DNA of 64,000 nucleotides from Phycisphaerae bacterium (GTDB taxonomy: Bacteria > Planctomycetota > Phycisphaerae > UBA1845): the NCBI GenBank assembly GCA_035344155.1, contig DAORAL010000018.1:17565-81564 (forward strand). Direction: 5' to 3'. Each line of letters starts with the position of its first letter. Position 1 is the stretch's first letter. Under the pieces are notes generated by a model. It had not been told where the DNA came from. It saw nothing but the letters and a program-made list of their open reading frames with translations, and did no database searches. The position numbers and the translations under genes are program-made. Shown piece after piece: positions 55,338-64,000 of this stretch.

Positions 55338-56375
55338 TTAGCTGGCGGCCAGGTATCCGTTTTCCAGCGCGTGGCGAATCTTCTTCAGCGCCTTGTTCTG
55401 GATCTGCCGCACACGCTCCTTGGTGACACCGATGATCGTGCCGACCTGCTCGAGCGTCTTGGGCGTGGGCACTTCGGAAGCCTTCGGCGCCAATGCGAAA
55501 CGCTCCAGGATGACCGTCTTCTCGACGTCGGACAGGGAAGCCGCGTTGGCTTCGATAATGTCCTTCAACTCGACGATGCAATCCGATTCCACCTGCGCCC
55601 GTTGGGTTTCAACGTGGTCGCTCTTCTCGATGGACGGATCGTATTCGACCGGGAATGTGCCACGATAGCGGCTGGCCTTCATGGCAACCCGCGAGAAACT
55701 CTTGAGAATCGCACGGCATGCGTAGGTGCTGAACTTGAACCCACGTCCGCAGTCGAACTTGTCGACGCTGCGGAGGAGCGCCATGTTGCCTTCGCTGATC
55801 ATCTCGTTGAAGTCAATATTGCTCAGTCGGGTGCGTTTGGCCATCGCCAAAACGAGCGGCATGTTGAGTTCGACCACCTGTTCGCGCACCTTCAGCTCCC
55901 AGTCGCCCCAGGCGATTAAGGTTCGGGCGGCTTTGGGCGTCAGGGGCCGATCCGTATAGCGATTGAGGATATTGCAGATCTTCATTCGCGTCAGGTTCAA
56001 CCGCAAGAAGAGCTGCTTTTCCTGGTTGCCGGTCAGCGTCGGCGCACGGGTCGCCGGTGAGATGCGGCCAGCCGTGATCTCCTTCGGCGGTTCAAATCGA
56101 AACCCGTCTGAAGGCGACAGCTTGGCTGCAACCCCGAACAACTCCACATCGGCTTTGGCCCGATGCAGATCGGGATGATCCATGTGCGGTACCGGCTCTG
56201 TGCAGAGGCGATGAATAATCTGGCGATTTTCGTCGCTAAGCATGTGCATGAAATCGCCAGTCGGAGGAAGCGGAGAACCGATACCCTCCGATTGGGTGGT
56301 TGGCGATTGGGTGGTTGGGTTTGGACCGTTGGCAACGGTCGTGTCCACTGTCGTTTGTGCTTGCGATTGAGCCAT
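55338..56375 (-). CDS. Sigma-70-family RNA polymerase sigma factor (RpoH/group-3-like) with an atypical N-terminal region
   Basis: Start at ATG 56375 (GGGAGA upstream). Region 2: LVLAMAKRTRLSNIDFNEMISEGNMALLRSVDKFDCGRGFKFSTYACRAI. Region 4: TLEQVGTIIGVTKERVRQIQNKALKKIR. Confidence 0.85.
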   Translation of the reverse strand: MAQSQAQTTVDTTVANGPNPTTQSPTTQSEGIGSPLPPTGDFMHMLSDENRQIIHRLCTEPVPHMDHPDLHRAKADVELFGVAAKLSPSDGFRFEPPKEITAGRISPATRAPTLTGNQEKQLFLRLNLTRMKICNILNRYTDRPLTPKAARTLIAWGDWELKVREQVVELNMPLVLAMAKRTRLSNIDFNEMISEGNMALLRSVDKFDCGRGFKFSTYACRAILKSFSRVAMKASRYRGTFPVEYDPSIEKSDHVETQRAQVESDCIVELKDIIEANAASLSDVEKTVILERFALAPKASEVPTPKTLEQVGTIIGVTKERVRQIQNKALKKIRHALENGYLAAS

Positions 56376-56573
56376 GATTCGTCTCCCTGGCACGCGTTGG
56401 CGACTGGTCGTCATCAACGCACTTGGCGAAGTCCCCCCTTAGGTCCCTCTTCCGATCCGCCTGACTTTGGCTCGTACCCTGAAAATCTGTCCCCTATCAG
56501 GTACGTCCTCTAATGAATACTACGCACAACAAACCCGATCGGATCTGACGATTCGGTCTGAATATGTCAGTTC

Positions 56574-56600
56574 TTATCGGTACCCTCCAAAATCCGTTCA
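56574..56600 (-). promoter_or_regulatory. Sigma-28-type promoter candidate upstream of the sigma-70-family gene
   Basis: The minus strand reads TGAA-N15-ACCGATAA (-10 is 7/8, -35 is 3/4), about 200 nt upstream of ATG 56375. Confidence 0.3.
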
Positions 56601-57034
56601 TCGGGCCCGATTTACGGTCAGGCCCTTTTCCAGAACCGTTGCCACCGGTCCAATGACGCGAGTCGGCCGGCGGTCCAGCAAAATTCAGCGCGCAAGCAAT
56701 CGGTGCGCACGAATCGTACAATTCAGCATGTCGTGGGGATTCAGTCGTGGGGGGAGCACTGCCAACTGCTAAAGTATACGACAGAAAAAGTGGAACAGCA
56801 AATTGACTTTCGTTCTCGGACGACGCAAAACCGCGTTTGTTTCTGAACCTTGTCAACACTTACAGGCGTATCGTACAGTTGTGTCGGATGTGTATCGGCG
56901 ATATTTCCCGGCGCGGTCCGGCGTATGAAAATCACATCAAAAAGTGCCAGTTCGTGACACTTTCTCGTGAATAACATCACGATCTCCCAAAAAAATTTTT
57001 ACAAAATTCGTGGAGTCGGTTGTTGCGAGGACGG

Positions 57035-58324
57035 TTATTGGTTGCGAAGCGCCTCAATTGGGTCAAGCTGGGCAGCTTTCATCGCCGGGTACATTCCAAA
57101 GAAAATCCCGATCATCACGCTCAGCCCGAAGCTCAAACCGATGGACCAGAACTTCACGATCGGGTTGCCCCAGGCGTAGATGTGGGCGATCGCGTAGGCG
57201 CCGGCGTATCCCAAAATGATCCCCAGCAGTCCGCCCGCCATCGAGATGACCGCCGTCTCGACGAGGAACTGAATGGTGATGTGCAAACGTTTGGCCCCCA
57301 GTGCCCGCCGCACCCCGATCTCCCGGGTTCGCTCGGTGACGGTGGCGAGCATGATATTCATGATGCCGATTCCACCAACCAACAGCGATATCCCCGCGAT
57401 GGAACCCAACTGGTACTGCGAGTTCTGCTTTTTCTTCTCGGCGAGTTGCAACGTCCGGTAGGGGACCACGATCTCGTAATCCACCTTCTCGTGGAGCAGT
57501 TGGAAGGTCCGGCGCGCCACCTCCGACACGGCGATCACGTTCTCGGTACTGTCCACCGCAAGGTACAGCGTGGTCAGGTCCACCCGCTTGAACTCTCGGG
57601 AAACCGACGATCCACGAACCGTGATGTCGCCGAACTGCTTGGAGGCGACCGTGAACGGGATGAAAATGTCCATGTTGATGTTGCGTTCTTCGACACCCTT
57701 GCGCGGGGTGCCGGCTGTCTTGACCCGATCGAGAACGCCCACAATCGTGTAGGGGGCTGTCTTGCTCGGCGTCGTGACCAACAGGTTTTGGCCCAGCGGA
57801 TCTTCAATACCGAAAAGCAGATCGCCCACGTCGGCGCCGATCACGCAGACGGAACGGGACTCCATCTCGTCGGTCGTGCTCAGTACGCGGCCCCTTGCAG
57901 CCGAGGTGTTGACCGTGGCAAAGAACTCAGGCGTTGTTCCGAAGACATCGGTTTCCACTTGCCGGTCCCGGTAGCGAACCGCGTATGCAACCTGCTTGAC
58001 CGGGACGACACGATCGAGATGGGGAACCGTCTTCTCGATGATCTCCAGATCCTTGTAAGTGATTCCGTAGGCGAGCATCTGCTGGTTGCCCTGCGACACC
58101 TGGATTTCGGCTTCGGGCTTGACCGAATTGACCACGATGTTCTGCGTACCCAGAAGTTGGATCATGCGCATTTCGTCGGCGGACGCGGTCTCGCTGATCG
58201 ATAACATGCAGATGACTGCCGCCACCCCGAAAATAATCCCGAGCGCGGTGAGCATCGTCCGCAACTTGTGCAGTCGCAGGCTGCTCATCCCCAGGCGAAG
58301 CATTTCGAGGCTGATGATATTCAT
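57035..58324 (-). CDS. MacB/LolC-type ABC permease (FtsX domain + periplasmic core domain), no ATPase or adaptor gene adjacent
   Basis: Start at ATG 58324. LRLHKLRTMLTALGIIFGVAAVI, large periplasmic domain, C-terminal TERTREIGVRRALGAKRLHITIQFLVE and PAMKAAQLDPIEALR. Confidence 0.85.
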   Translation of the reverse strand: MNIISLEMLRLGMSSLRLHKLRTMLTALGIIFGVAAVICMLSISETASADEMRMIQLLGTQNIVVNSVKPEAEIQVSQGNQQMLAYGITYKDLEIIEKTVPHLDRVVPVKQVAYAVRYRDRQVETDVFGTTPEFFATVNTSAARGRVLSTTDEMESRSVCVIGADVGDLLFGIEDPLGQNLLVTTPSKTAPYTIVGVLDRVKTAGTPRKGVEERNINMDIFIPFTVASKQFGDITVRGSSVSREFKRVDLTTLYLAVDSTENVIAVSEVARRTFQLLHEKVDYEIVVPYRTLQLAEKKKQNSQYQLGSIAGISLLVGGIGIMNIMLATVTERTREIGVRRALGAKRLHITIQFLVETAVISMAGGLLGIILGYAGAYAIAHIYAWGNPIVKFWSIGLSFGLSVMIGIFFGMYPAMKAAQLDPIEALRNQ

Positions 58325-58521
58325 GGTGGCTGCGTTCCACGCACCGTGGCGAATGCATAGACGTCGGCGCAAAAGGCAAGCGCCTCGCGTCACAAGATGC
58401 TACGGCAAGGAGTATATCGCGCCTCAAAAGCAAGTGGGGGGCATTTGGTCAGAACTTGTCGGTAACGAGCCGATGTCCGGGACTCGATGCACTCGATCAA
58501 CCGGCTCGCCAGCACCAGCGA

Positions 58522-59406
58522 CTAGCCGGGAACTTCCAGGTCGATTTCCGACACTTCGCCGGCTTTAATTGTGACGGTGACCGGATCGAGGTCGCCCAAG
58601 TCTTCGTGCCAACCGCCGATTTCATAATCGCCAGCCGGCAACTCGATGATGCAACTGCCGTCATCCCCGGTGGCTGCATGGTATGGGTGGTCAAAGACGC
58701 CGATGAAAGCACTCATCCACGGGTGCACGTCGCATTTGATCTTTACGATTTCGGCCCGTTTGAAAACGATGTCACGCTCGTCACCCTTCATTGGCTGGGC
58801 AAAGTTCTCCGATCGCTGCTTCTCCGCGAACGTGTGGATGTTGTGCAGGGTCGAGTCGGAATTGCGGACCGTAATCGCCTGATCAATCATTACCGTCTGA
58901 ACGTGCGGGTCGTACATGCAGCCGCGTTGGTTCAGCAGCGCCTTGTCGGCAGGTGGGGTGAAATCTTTATCGGTGGCGAAGTCTTTTACGAAGCAGATGA
59001 CATTGCGGACGGTCATGTCCTTGTTGACCAAAAGGTTGGCGTTTCCAACCTTCTTCCCATTGTTGCCTTCGGCGCATTTGGGGTCGGCAGCCATATTGAG
59101 GACGACGCGATTGGGGCGGGTGGTGCCCAGATAGCGGGCAGTGATCTTCACCGTACCTTTGGCACCGTTGGCGGGTGGTGCTTGTATGTCATCAGTACCT
59201 GATGGTGCCGGGGTAGCGGCTGGCTTGGGTGTTGGCGTCGATGCCGGTTCCGGTGTCGATGTTGGCACCGACGATGGTGACGGCGTGGGAGAAGGTGATG
59301 GCTTGTTCTCTTTCGATGTCGGCGAACAGCCACCCGTCCAAAGCCCGATTGTCAAGATGGCAGCCGCCCACGTCAGCGAATGACCGATTCCAATCTTTCC
59401 ATTCAT
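58522..59406 (-). CDS. Lipoprotein with Pro/Ser/Thr linker, cupredoxin-like domain (type-1 Cu-like ligand pattern) and C-terminal beta-sandwich
   Basis: 294 aa. LTIGLWTGGC lipobox, PSPSPTPSPSS linker. STLHNIH ... KCDVHPWM gives His...Cys-x2-His-x2-Met spacing as in amicyanin. C-terminal GSCIIELPAGDYEIGGWHE. Confidence 0.75.
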   Translation of the reverse strand: MNGKIGIGHSLTWAAAILTIGLWTGGCSPTSKENKPSPSPTPSPSSVPTSTPEPASTPTPKPAATPAPSGTDDIQAPPANGAKGTVKITARYLGTTRPNRVVLNMAADPKCAEGNNGKKVGNANLLVNKDMTVRNVICFVKDFATDKDFTPPADKALLNQRGCMYDPHVQTVMIDQAITVRNSDSTLHNIHTFAEKQRSENFAQPMKGDERDIVFKRAEIVKIKCDVHPWMSAFIGVFDHPYHAATGDDGSCIIELPAGDYEIGGWHEDLGDLDPVTVTIKAGEVSEIDLEVPG

Positions 59407-59446
59407 TTATTTGTCTCCCGTTCGTTGATTCGATCAGCCGCCTTGG

Positions 59447-60037
59447 TTACGCAGAACCTCCACCGGAACTCGAAGCTTCACCGGACCCTGCGGAATTCTG
59501 GCCCTGGTCCGATCCTTTTGATCGTTGACGTCGGGATCGCCGCCCGCGGTTGCGCGAACCGCCGCCACGTTTGCTTCCGCTTCGCTGCGAACCATTGCCG
59601 CCATTGTCTTTCTTTTCACCGTTGGCAGATTTCGATTCGCCGCGGTTGCCCTTGTCTTTGCCGTTCCCGTTCTTTCCGGAATCGGATGAACCATCGCGAC
59701 GCGAACCACCACGCCGTCCTCCGCGTCCGCGACGACTTGATGATTCCTTTTCGACCACCGGTTTGGATGCGTAACCTTCTTCAATGTCGATGCCGAGTTT
59801 CACCTGGCATGCCGGGCAATAGAACTTCGCGCCCTCGACAACCTTGGGCTCTGATTCGGGTTCTTCACCACCGACCAATGCCAGTCGCACCCATCCACCG
59901 TGCATGGCCTCCTTGGCGATGACCGACTCATCACAGTCGCCGCAGGGGAAAACGGTTGCCGGGTCACTGCCCATGGTCTTTGAGGCAAGCTCCCACCAAC
60001 CCCACTGCTCAGTATCTTTGATCTGAATCTTTTCCAT
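59447..60037 (-). CDS. Zinc-ribbon protein with long Arg/Gly/Ser-rich (RGG-like) disordered tail
   Basis: 196 aa. CGDC...(38 aa)...CPAC, then SSSRRGRGGRRGGSRRDGSS...SKRGGGSRNRGRRSRRQRSKG. Confidence 0.65.
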   Translation of the reverse strand: MEKIQIKDTEQWGWWELASKTMGSDPATVFPCGDCDESVIAKEAMHGGWVRLALVGGEEPESEPKVVEGAKFYCPACQVKLGIDIEEGYASKPVVEKESSSRRGRGGRRGGSRRDGSSDSGKNGNGKDKGNRGESKSANGEKKDNGGNGSQRSGSKRGGGSRNRGRRSRRQRSKGSDQGQNSAGSGEASSSGGGSA

Positions 60038-60137
60038 TCGCTATCCGTACCGCATTCGTAAACTGAAAAAACGGCATAAAAGGTACTGCGAAGTTAACCG
60101 AACCGTGCCAAACTGCCAACAAAAGAACTTTACAGGA

Positions 60138-61205
60138 TCAGCGTGTTCGATTGCCCGCCCAATGCGAATCATCGAACGATGGTTTGTCGGCTTGGGGTGT
60201 GGGTTCTAATTGAAAGGGTTCATACCTCGCGCTGTATTGCTCGTTTTCCCGCGTCCCCGAAGCTTGCAGATAGGCGATGGCGTCGTTTTCCCTCTGAACA
60301 TACGCCCGCATGAACACGCCGACCCAGTCGGCTGCGACCGCAATCGTCGCCTCTCGGTCGACAAGCTGCGCGTTTGCGTCGGTGATGGTTCCGGGCGGAT
60401 TGTCCAGATCGTTGACGGCAAAGTGGTTGGCCCCTGTCAGTCCAATCAGTTGCTTGTCGCCGTCATGAATTGCGTCGTAGGTTCGTTCGATATCCTGCTC
60501 GCGGGCGACGCCGTCACGTTCGCCCAGCATGATCTGGATCGCAATCCCTTTCGAATCGACCGCTATGATCTGGTCGTCGGGCGTTACCAGATGCGATGCA
60601 TACGTCGCTACCGCACGAACCGCGGCGGACGCTTCAAAAGGCGCAGCACAAAACGGAAAATTGCAGTCGCCTTGGACGTAGGTCAGTGCCGTCGCGCCAC
60701 CAAAGGAATGTCCGACGAGACCAATCCGATCCAGGTCTGGGATGCCACAAAGCAGATCGCCCTGCGTGACCGATTTGACCGCCAATGCGTCGAGCACCTC
60801 CTGCACGCTGTCCGTTGAAGTAAAGTAGCCAAGCAGCGAATCGTGGTTGGCGGCTGCGACGACAAATCCGTGGGCAGCAAGACGTGTACAGAATTGTGTG
60901 TAATAGGATTTGTGGACCCGTGCGCCTTGAAGCAGGACCAGCAGCGGCGTCGGTGAAGTGACACCGGTTGGCACATACACGTCGATGGCGCTGGCCCCGC
61001 TCTGGAACGAGTCCGTGGTTCGTGCAACTGTCGCATAAACCGGCGCGCCAACGCCTTCCAGGCCCATGCCGCTCACATTAAACTGAACGGTTATGGAAGG
61101 GTCAATTGCGGATTCAAGACAACCAACGGCAAATAGCATCAAGACCAACGAGAGATGCGCACCCAAGCCAGAACCCAGGTTGTAAAGCGAGCGTCGTCGG
61201 ATCAT
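60138..61205 (-). CDS. Alpha/beta hydrolase lipoprotein (chlorophyllase / PAF-acetylhydrolase / dienelactone-hydrolase-like)
   Basis: Start at ATG 61205 (ATGA overlap with the Nudix stop). MIRRRSLYNLGSGLGAHLSLVLMLFAVGC lipobox. GLVGHSFGG nucleophile elbow. LLVLLQGARVHKSYY. Confidence 0.8.
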   Translation of the reverse strand: MIRRRSLYNLGSGLGAHLSLVLMLFAVGCLESAIDPSITVQFNVSGMGLEGVGAPVYATVARTTDSFQSGASAIDVYVPTGVTSPTPLLVLLQGARVHKSYYTQFCTRLAAHGFVVAAANHDSLLGYFTSTDSVQEVLDALAVKSVTQGDLLCGIPDLDRIGLVGHSFGGATALTYVQGDCNFPFCAAPFEASAAVRAVATYASHLVTPDDQIIAVDSKGIAIQIMLGERDGVAREQDIERTYDAIHDGDKQLIGLTGANHFAVNDLDNPPGTITDANAQLVDREATIAVAADWVGVFMRAYVQRENDAIAYLQASGTRENEQYSARYEPFQLEPTPQADKPSFDDSHWAGNRTR

Positions 61206-61783
61206 TTTCTTTGCGCTTTTGTGCCGGTGCTCGAGCGTTGGGTCACCGGGCGCTGAAGCCACTTGCGGCGCATCCGGAGGATCGACTCGTCAAGATTCAT
61301 TTGCAACAGCTCCTGTGCATCGAACCATTGGAGGTCATGCGACTCGTCGCTGATGACCAGTTTCTTGCTGTCGGATTGGAGCAGAAATCGGACGTCGAAG
61401 TGTTCGTGGGCCGGGAGGCCGTTGTGCGCCGGGATCGTGTGAATATCCAGGTCGAAAATCTTCGGATCGACGACACAGATGTCTTCGATACCCGATTCTT
61501 CTTGTGCCTCGCGCATCGCCACCTCAATGATATCGCATTGACCATCAGCATGACCGCCGACCTGAAGCCAGCAATTCAGCTTGCGATGGTGCGTCAGTAG
61601 AACCTTGCAACCGGTCGGGTCCAAAAGCCATGCCGCCCCCGTGATATGCCCACAAGCCAGCGAACGCTCGAAGCAGTCGGGATTGGACCGCACAAACGCG
61701 ACGAAACGTTGTCGGCATTGCTCGTCGCGATCGTCTGAAGGGGTGTATTGCTCCAACAAATCCAGAATCATCTGTCGATGCAC
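61202..61783 (-). CDS. NUDIX hydrolase
   Basis: GGHADGQCDIIEVAMREAQEESGIED matches the Nudix box GX5EX7REUXEEXGU. GTG 61783 or ATG 61771 start. Confidence 0.85.
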   Translation of the reverse strand: MHRQMILDLLEQYTPSDDRDEQCRQRFVAFVRSNPDCFERSLACGHITGAAWLLDPTGCKVLLTHHRKLNCWLQVGGHADGQCDIIEVAMREAQEESGIEDICVVDPKIFDLDIHTIPAHNGLPAHEHFDVRFLLQSDSKKLVISDESHDLQWFDAQELLQMNLDESILRMRRKWLQRPVTQRSSTGTKAQRK

Positions 61784-62284
61784 GCGATGGTTTCCTTTTG
61801 TTGCGGTCGACTGTTCGTCAGAAGTTGGCTAATAGAGCCCGACAAAAAATCCACCAGTTTGGTTTCATCAAGGTAGCGATTGGCGCAAACCCGGGAGCAA
61901 ACAGCCACACCGAACGGATGCACGGAAACAATCGCACCAGCGACATTGACCGCGTTCATTCCGCAGCGAAATCGCTGCCAAAGTTGCCCCCAACGTCCTG
62001 CCGGCATGGCATCATGAATGGGGCATCCCCGGCGAAATCGTCCGCGCGGTGCCTGCGTCGGAAAACATTATATGAGCAGTCATGCGGACGTGCACGACAT
62101 TCAGACACCCGGTGGGGAGTATTTATCGAGGTTGAATCTTGGGGGGCATGCTCCATATCATGTCATCGGTTCACCCGATTGGGGTCGCGCGATTTGTGCA
62201 GAACCGGTCGATTGGCGTGGACTTGATTTCCCGTCAGGCAGTTTTCGCTTGAGCGTTTTGAAACGATGAAAGGTGGCTTGGGTT

Positions 62285-62761
62285 ATGAATCTTGAGAAGG
62301 CGACATTTGCAGCCGGTTGTTTCTGGGGCGTCGAGGCGCATTTCAGAAGTATTCGCGGTGTTGTCGATGCGGCTGTTGGTTATTGCGGTGGGACAACGAC
62401 CAACCCAACCTACGAAGAAGTGTGCCGCAAGAACACCGGTCATGCAGAAGCCGTCGAGGTTGATTTCGATCCCGACACCGTCAGCTATGAACAACTGCTC
62501 GATGCGTTTTGGAACATGCACGATCCAACCACGCTCAACCGTCAAGGGCCCGACGTTGGTTCGCAATACCGCTCGTCGATCTTCGTCCACAACGATGAGC
62601 AGCGCCGGCTCGCGGAAGCATCGAAAGAGCAACGCAATGCCAGCGAGCGGTACAAAGGATCGATCGTCACCGAAATCTGTGATGCACCAACGTTCTACCG
62701 CGCCGAAGAATACCACCAACGCTACGTCGAAAAGAACGGAGGAGCCGCCTGCTCCATGTAG
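62285..62761 (+). CDS. msrA: Peptide-methionine (S)-S-oxide reductase
   Basis: [62 protein letters not shown] 62285; the track GTG is at 62273. Confidence 0.93.
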   Translation: MNLEKATFAAGCFWGVEAHFRSIRGVVDAAVGYCGGTTTNPTYEEVCRKNTGHAEAVEVDFDPDTVSYEQLLDAFWNMHDPTTLNRQGPDVGSQYRSSIFVHNDEQRRLAEASKEQRNASERYKGSIVTEICDAPTFYRAEEYHQRYVEKNGGAACSM

Positions 62762-63066
62762 CCGTCACTCCCGAATTGCTCCAATGACTGCGTTAAATCG
62801 GCATGTAGTCTGTACCATCGGTCACCCGTTTCGATGGAATCGCGCGTCAAGTTGCGAATTGGGGAACACACACTAGGAGTGTCGCAGTATGGCACAAGAA
62901 TCTTGTCCATCTTCCCAATCGCGGCCGTTTTGGTAGCAATTGAGGGTGAATATTGTACGCACTCTTCAGGATCGCGCAAACAATTTAGGCTTGCTGGCGA
63001 GAATTTTCGCATAAAAAGCTTGCCCAATGGCAAAGTCCGCGCGATGTTCTGCGGTTGAGAGAGCAC
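62722..63066 (-). CDS. Questionable hypothetical ORF
   Basis: 114-aa GTG-start ORF preceded by AGGAGGAGGGG about 11 nt upstream. No motif. It overlaps the msrA 3' end by 40 nt and lies in a lower-GC stretch. Confidence 0.2.
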   Translation of the reverse strand: MLSQPQNIARTLPLGKLFMRKFSPASLNCLRDPEECVQYSPSIATKTAAIGKMDKILVPYCDTPSVCSPIRNLTRDSIETGDRWYRLHADLTQSLEQFGSDGYMEQAAPPFFST

Positions 63067-63246
63067 GATGCTTCTTTCCCCTCCTCCTGAAGAAGGCGTC
63101 GCGAAAGCGTTTAACGTATTTCGTGGCGCCTTCGTTCATCGATGTTCGTTCAACCATGGGCTTCACCAAAGCGTTGTCGCATGCGACTGTGATTCAGACT
63201 ATGGCGGTACGCGAATGGATACGGTTCGCTCGTCAGCTTGGTGCGG

Positions 63247-63831
63247 TCAGTCGACAAATGCGCATTGCGCTTCAAGCGCCCGCGCCAATCGCTTCTGGTA
63301 TTCGTCGCGCGGAATTTCAAGGCAGTTGAATTGTTTGAGGTGGTCGGTGGTGAACTGCGTGTCGAGCAATTGGAAGCCGCGCTCGCGCATGCGCTCGACC
63401 AAATAGACGAGCGCAATTTTCGACGCATTGGTTTCGCGATGAAACATGCTCTCTCCGCAAAAGACCCCGCCAATCGCCACACCGTACAGCCCGCCAACCA
63501 GTTCGCCATCGCGCCAGGTTTCGACCGAGTGGGCAAACCCAATCCGATTCAATTCGATGTACGCTTCGCGGATTTCGTCGCTGATCCACGTCCCCTCGTG
63601 CCGGTCGGCGCAGGCATCAATAACCTGCGCAAACGCCTGGTCGACGCGCAGCTCAAACGGTTTCTGTCGATAGAGTTTTGCGAGGTTGTTGGGAACGTGA
63701 AAATGATCCAGGTCGAAAATCGCCCGAGGGTCCGGAGCAAACCAGAGGATCTCGCCATCGTCGTCGGCCATTGGGAATATGCCTTGCGAATAGGCGCTAA
63801 GCAATAACCGAGGTGTGAGCTTGATGTTCAT
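63247..63831 (-). CDS. aat: Leucyl/phenylalanyl-tRNA--protein transferase
   Basis: Start at ATG 63831 (MNIKLTPRLLLSAYSQGIFPM). WFAPDPRAIF, GELVGGLYGVAIGGVFCGESMFH, LLDTQ. Confidence 0.9.
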   Translation of the reverse strand: MNIKLTPRLLLSAYSQGIFPMADDDGEILWFAPDPRAIFDLDHFHVPNNLAKLYRQKPFELRVDQAFAQVIDACADRHEGTWISDEIREAYIELNRIGFAHSVETWRDGELVGGLYGVAIGGVFCGESMFHRETNASKIALVYLVERMRERGFQLLDTQFTTDHLKQFNCLEIPRDEYQKRLARALEAQCAFVD

Positions 63832-64000
63832 CGCGACGTAAGTGTTTCGATCTGGAAATGTTCGAGCAAGTCGCAAATCTGGCGGATCAGAATCTCGGGA
63901 CGGTATTTTGGCTTGGTCGGCATCGTTGTTCCACGAAGGGCTGCATACATGCCAACCCGATGCGCACCAATGACATCGATGTGCGGCTTGTCGCCAACGT
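63828..64000 (-). CDS. HAD-superfamily hydrolase, N-terminus cut by the window edge
   Basis: Not in the ORF track. Minus-strand translation gives VGDKPHIDVIGAHRVGMYAALRGTTMPTKPKYRPEILIRQICDLLEHFQIETLTSR* (HAD motif IV, VGDxxxxDxxGA). Its TGA overlaps the aat ATG (ATGA). Confidence 0.7.
   Translation of the reverse strand, partial: VGDKPHIDVIGAHRVGMYAALRGTTMPTKPKYRPEILIRQICDLLEHFQIETLTSR

Noticed and set aside
57020-58204. 394-aa plus-strand ORF opposite the MacB-type permease
   Set aside because: The Arg/Asp/His/Gly-rich product has no TM helix or motif. The minus-strand frame has the FtsX/MacB signatures.

Overview
GC-rich bacterial chromosomal window (mid to upper 50s % by eye). Dockerin-like and Cys-rich secreted proteins, many lipoproteins and the repeat families suggest a Planctomycetota-like organism; this is inference. 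About 55 protein-coding genes can be supported. I saw no rRNA, tRNA, CRISPR array, transposase or integrase. The ORF track uses alternative start codons and omits ORFs cut by the window edge, so several starts were re-set by reading the DNA and two edge-truncated genes were added. Blocks: (1) 1-6.2 kb: secreted M6 metalloprotease (edge-truncated), PP2C phosphatase, and a minus-strand rny-ymdB-fliA run. (2) 7.2-14.2 kb: pepT, then a tightly coupled minus-strand nonulosonic (sialic-acid-like) sugar operon (methyltransferase, NodB deacetylase, formyltransferase, neuA::neuB fusion, neuC) with an exact sigma-28 -10 box upstream. (3) 14.6-19.7 kb: matrixin-like secreted protease and lipoproteins. 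(4) 20.5-27.2 kb: housekeeping genes uvrB-nadC, rsgA, pyrF, murD. (5) 27.7-39.6 kb: late flagellar block flgF-G-A-H-I-(J)-N-K-L, fliW-csrA-fliC, with CsrA-type GGA boxes in the flagellin leader. (6) 39.8-43.7 kb: FHA-GAF histidine kinase, OB-fold/EEP nuclease, hypothetical. (7) 43.7-53.1 kb: six-gene minus-strand operon with three SPFH (HflK/C-like) paralogues, an ABC-2 exporter and a 688-aa anchored helical protein. This is my best candidate for an undescribed system. (8) 54-64 kb: second ABC-2 permease, a sigma-70-family factor, an orphan MacB-type permease with a cupredoxin-like lipoprotein and a zinc-ribbon/RGG protein, then Nudix, alpha/beta hydrolase, msrA, aat and HAD (edge-truncated). 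Two short palindromic repeat families sit at gene 3' ends. All functional calls rest on motifs I recognise by eye; no database search was run.
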